From the NCBI RefSeq assembly GCF_009914755.1, contig NC_060942.1: a DNA stretch of 64,000 nucleotides. One strand, written 5' to 3'. Numbering within the stretch: the stretch's first letter is position 1; each line of letters starts with the position of its first letter. The position numbers and the translations under genes are program-made. Shown here one piece after another: positions 56,012 to 64,000 of the stretch. The notes beneath the pieces were generated by a model. It was not told where the DNA came from. It was given only the letters and a program-made list of their open reading frames with translations, and did not search any database. The DNA comes from the human T2T-CHM13v2.0 reference genome, Homo sapiens.

Positions 56012-57037
56012 ATGGGGAGAAACCAGAGTAGAAAAGCTGAAAATTCTAAAAACCAGAACTCCCCTTCTTCTCCAAAGGATCACAGCCCCTCGCCAGCAAT
56101 GGAACAAAGCTGGAAGGAGAATGACACTGACGAGTTGACAGAAGTAGGCTTCAGAAGGTTGGTAATAACAAACTTCTCCAAGTTAAAGGAGCATGTTTGA
56201 ACCCATCACAAGGAAGCTAAAAACCTTGAAAAAAGGTTAGACAAATGGCTAACTAGAATAAACAGTGTAGAGAAGATCTTAAATGACCTGATGGAGCTGA
56301 AAACGATGGCACAAGAACTTTGTGATGCATGCACAAGCTTCAGTAGCTGATTCGATCAAGTGGAAGAAAGGGTATCAGTGATTGACGATCAAATGAATGA
56401 AATAAAGAGAGAAGGCAAGTTTAGAGAAAAAAGAGTAAAAAGAAATGAACAAAGCCTCCAAGAAACATGGGACTATGTGAAAAGACCAAATCTACGTCTG
56501 ATTGGTGTACCTGAAAGTGACAGGGAGAATGGAACCAAGTTGGAAAACACTCTGCAGGATATTATCCAGGAGAACTTCCCCAATCTAGCAACGCAGGCCA
56601 ATATTCAAATTCAGGAAATACAGAGAACGCCACAGAGATACTCCTTGAGAAGAGCAACTCCAAGACACATAATTGTCAGATTCACCAAAGTTGAAATGAA
56701 GGAAAAAATGTTAAGTGAAGCCAGAGAGAAAGGTCGGGTTACTCACAAAGGGAAGCCCATCAGACTAATAGCAGATCTCTCAGCAGAAACTCTACAAGCC
56801 AGAAGAGAGTGGGGGCCAATATTCAACATTCTTAAAGAAAAGAATTTTCAACCCAGAATTTCATATCCAGCCAAACTAAGCTTCATAAGTGAAGGAGAAA
56901 TAAAATCCTTTACAGACAAGCAAATGCTGAGAGATTTTGTCACCACCAGGCCTGCCTTACAAGAGCTCCTAAAGGAAGCACTAAACATGGAAAGAAACAA
57001 CCAGTACCAGCCACTGCAAAAACATGCTAAATTGTAA
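56012..57037 (+). pseudogene. L1 ORF1p, disrupted by in-frame TGA stops (56198-56200 and ~56348)
   Basis: MGRNQSRKAENSKNQ...WDYVKRPNLRLIGVPE...LQKHAKL. Confidence 0.92.
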
Positions 57038-57100
57038 AGACTATCAATGCTATAAATAAACTGCATCAATTAATGGGCAAAATAACCAGCGAACATCATA

Positions 57101-60924
<3,824 letters not shown>

Positions 60925-61903
60925 AACAATGAGAACACTGGGACACAGTGCGGGGAACATCACACACTGGGGCCTGTTGTGGGGTGGGGGGCTGGGGGAG
61001 GGATAGCATTAGGAGAAATACCTAATGTAAATGACGAGTTGATGGGTGCAGCAAACCAACATGACACATGTACACCTATGTATCAAACTTGCATGTTGTG
61101 CACATGTACCCCAGAACTTAAAGTATAAAAAAAAAAAAAAAAGAAATACATCTTATAAGGTCATAGCTGCCATAGATAATGATTCTTCCGCTGGATCTGA
61201 GCAAAGCAAATGGAAAACTTTCTGGAAAGGATTCACCATTCTAGATGCCATTAAAAATATTGGTGATTCATGGAAGGAGATCAAAATATCAACATTAAAA
61301 GGAGTTTGGAAAAAGTTGATTCCAACCCTGACATATGACGGTGAGGGGTTCAAGACTTCAGTGGAGGAAGTAGGGACAGATTTGATGGAGATAGCAGGAT
61401 AACTAGAATTAGAAGTGGATCCTGATGATGTGACTGAATTGCTGCTTTCTCATGATCAAACTAAGGGATGAGGAGTTGCTTTTTATGGGTGGGCAAATAA
61501 AGTGGTTTCTTGAGATGGAATCTACTCCCGGTGAAGATGCTATAAACAATGTTGAAATGACAGCAAAGGATTTAGAATATTACATAAATTTAGTTGGTAA
61601 AGCAGTGGCAGGATTTGAGAGGACTGACTTCAGTTTTGAAAGGAGCTCTCTTACGAGTAAGTGGCTATCAAAGAGCATTGTATGTTACAGAAAGATCTTT
61701 CATGAAAGGTAGAATCAATTGATGTGGCAAACTTCATTGTTTTCCTATTTTAAGAAATTGCCACAGTCACCCCAGCCTTCAGCAACCACCACCCTGACCA
61801 GTCAGCAGCCATCAACATCAAGGCTTAACCCTTCATCAGTAAAAAGATTACAACTCGCTGAAGGCGCAGATGATCATTAGCATTTTTTTTTTAGCAATAA
61901 GAT

Positions 61904-62351
61904 TTTTTTTTCTTCAACTTTTATTTTAAGCTCTGGGGTACATGTGCAGAATGTGTAGGTTTGTTACACAGGTAAACATGTGCCATGGTGCTTTGCTGCA
62001 CAGATCAACCCATCACCTAAGTATTAAGCCCAGCATCCATTAGTTATTCTTCCTGATGCTCTCCTTCCCCCGGTGCCCCCAGTAGGCTCCAGTGTGTGTT
62101 GTTTCCCCTCCAGTTGTCCATGTGTTCTCATCATTTAGCTTCCGCTTATTAGCGAGAACATGCAGTGCTTGGTTTTCCGTTCCTGCGTTAATTTGCTAAG
62201 GATAACGGCTTCCAGCTCCATCCATGTCCCTGCAAAGGACGTGATCTCATTCCTCCTTATTGCTGCATAGTTTTCCATGGTGTATATGTACTACATTTTC
62301 TTTATCCGGTCTATCATTGATGGGCATTTGGGTTGATTCTATGTCTTTGAC
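61904..62351 (-). mobile_element. 5'-truncated L1PA (PA8-10-like) 3' end nested in Tigger1
   Basis: Antisense L1 3'UTR; TSD gcaataagat at 61894-61903 and 62352-62361. Confidence 0.9.
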
Positions 62352-62769
62352 GCAATAAGATATTTTTAAATTAAAGTATGTACATTTTTAGACATAATGC
62401 TATTGCACACTTAATAGACTGCCGTACGGGGTAAACATAACTTTTATATACACTGGGAAACCAAAAAATTTGTGTGATTCACTTTATTGCAATGCTCACT
62501 TTATTGCAGTGGTCTGGAACCAAAATTGCCATATCTCCAAGGCACGCCCATGTAGAAATAACCAAGTAAACATCTGTCAGAATTGGAAAGGAAGACAACA
62601 AAGCAGAAAAATAATTAAAGAGGAAGAAAAATACCATCAACTGAAGGAGTTACAGTTGGTTAATTGGTGTGGGGAGCTGAAGAAATTAATAGATGACAAC
62701 TATTGTCACATTTTTTAAAAGAATCATTATTTCAAAATGTTGAATAATTATTTTAATTCTGCACACAGC

Positions 62770-63000
62770 ATAGAAACAAAGAAAACGTAGTTAAATTGCA
62801 AAGCGAGGAACTTCAATTGGACATAAAGAAAGCTTGTCAATAAGGGTAACAGCAAGAGAGCTTATGCACCGTGCATCCCTGCAGATGTCTAAGAAGGTAA
62901 TTATTCTTCGTCTTAGTCAGATTAGGTATAGACCTACCCAAGACAAGCAGTTGAACCAGGAACCATTTCTGCTCCCTTCCTGATCTCTGATTTGATTCAA
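62770..63000 (+). mobile_element. L3/CR1 3' fragment
   Basis: 'ttaaattgcaaagcgaggaacttcaattggacataaagaaa...catccctgcagatgtctaagaagg...ctcccttcctgatctctgatttgattc'. Confidence 0.5.
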
Positions 63001-64000
63001 TCTTCTATTTGCTTATCTTCTAAATGTGCTTGTAATAACCTGCCCTTTTGCTAGCACCTTCTTGTAAATGTGATGCCTATCTGGGTTTAACCCAGCTAAA
63101 TAAACTGAATTCAATAAAACCCATCCTGGGTTATCCTCCAGGAGAGTTATTACTCCACTAACATGCTACTGTTGCTACTGTTACCTAATGCTTTAACTTC
63201 TCCTTTAGGCTTGAATTATGCTACATTATTGTATATCTAAGATAAGAGGCTGTCTGGAGTCTGTTCAATGTTATCGCGTAATACACAGTGACTTTTTTAT
63301 TGAAGGCACTCCATGATTCCCTCTGCACTAATGCAGGTTTTACTGAAACTAATTCAAAAATTGTGTGTATGTGTGTGTGTATGAGTGTGTGCACGTGTGT
63401 ACACACATATATACATATATTTGAGAATACATATAAAGATAAATGCTAAATTGAAAACAAAGTCACAATGCTTCTCTCTGCAGCTGAGAATCTACAATCA
63501 TCTGTCAGACTGCTATGCCCCATGCTATATTAATCTAGCTTTTAAAGTTGAAGAAATAGCACCACACTGGGAGCTTGCTGTCTCTCCATGCTGACCAACA
63601 AGCCTCTGCCAAACTTCTGCCACTTCAGATCCTTGAGAATGCGGCAATTCCTAACCATGAGGTCCCCAGACTCCTAAGCCTTCACAGAGTTAAAAATGGG
63701 GTATTTGGAAAGAGTATCAGTGTTTCAAAAAGCCTACGGAAATTTTACATTGCTACAAAGACTGTGATAGGCTATCAGGCTGCCTTCTTTGGTTTTGAAT
63801 GTTATCAACTCTTTGAATAACTGTGATTATCTCATACTTATCAGAAGCTTTGGTTGACATCATACATTATTTTGATGAATAAATTACGAGGGTAAATTAA
63901 TTATTCCTTAAAACTGTAGTTTGATAGGAGAAAAATATTTCAAAATATGGTGTCCAATAAAGAAAAATATATATAAGTACCCTAGTGAAAAAAGGTTGGG

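Overview
Primate genomic DNA (catarrhine, probably human, given the AluY and L1PA copies). It is intronic or intergenic, AT-rich and dominated by interspersed repeats. I cannot support any intact protein-coding gene. Recognisable content: a decayed RPS4X processed pseudogene (~25.2-26.1 kb); a TSD-flanked 1.5-kb retrocopy of an unidentified 3'UTR that carries a GATA STR (22.4-23.9 kb); a near full-length Tigger1 (54.3-62.6 kb) interrupted by a 5.4-kb L1PA6-like element and a short L1PA fragment; about 11 Alus; MaLR LTRs; hAT DNA transposons; and many old L1M, L2, MIR and L3 fragments. The most notable signal is the L1PA6, which looks like a spliced integrated retrotransposed element (SpIRE): its 5'UTR deletion starts at the known ~nt 97 donor and ends at an acceptor I believe is missing from modern L1HS. 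Several template-switch or templated-insertion scars are also visible. I found no evidence of a new multi-gene system. All subfamily names come from recalled consensus sequences and need RepeatMasker/Dfam confirmation.
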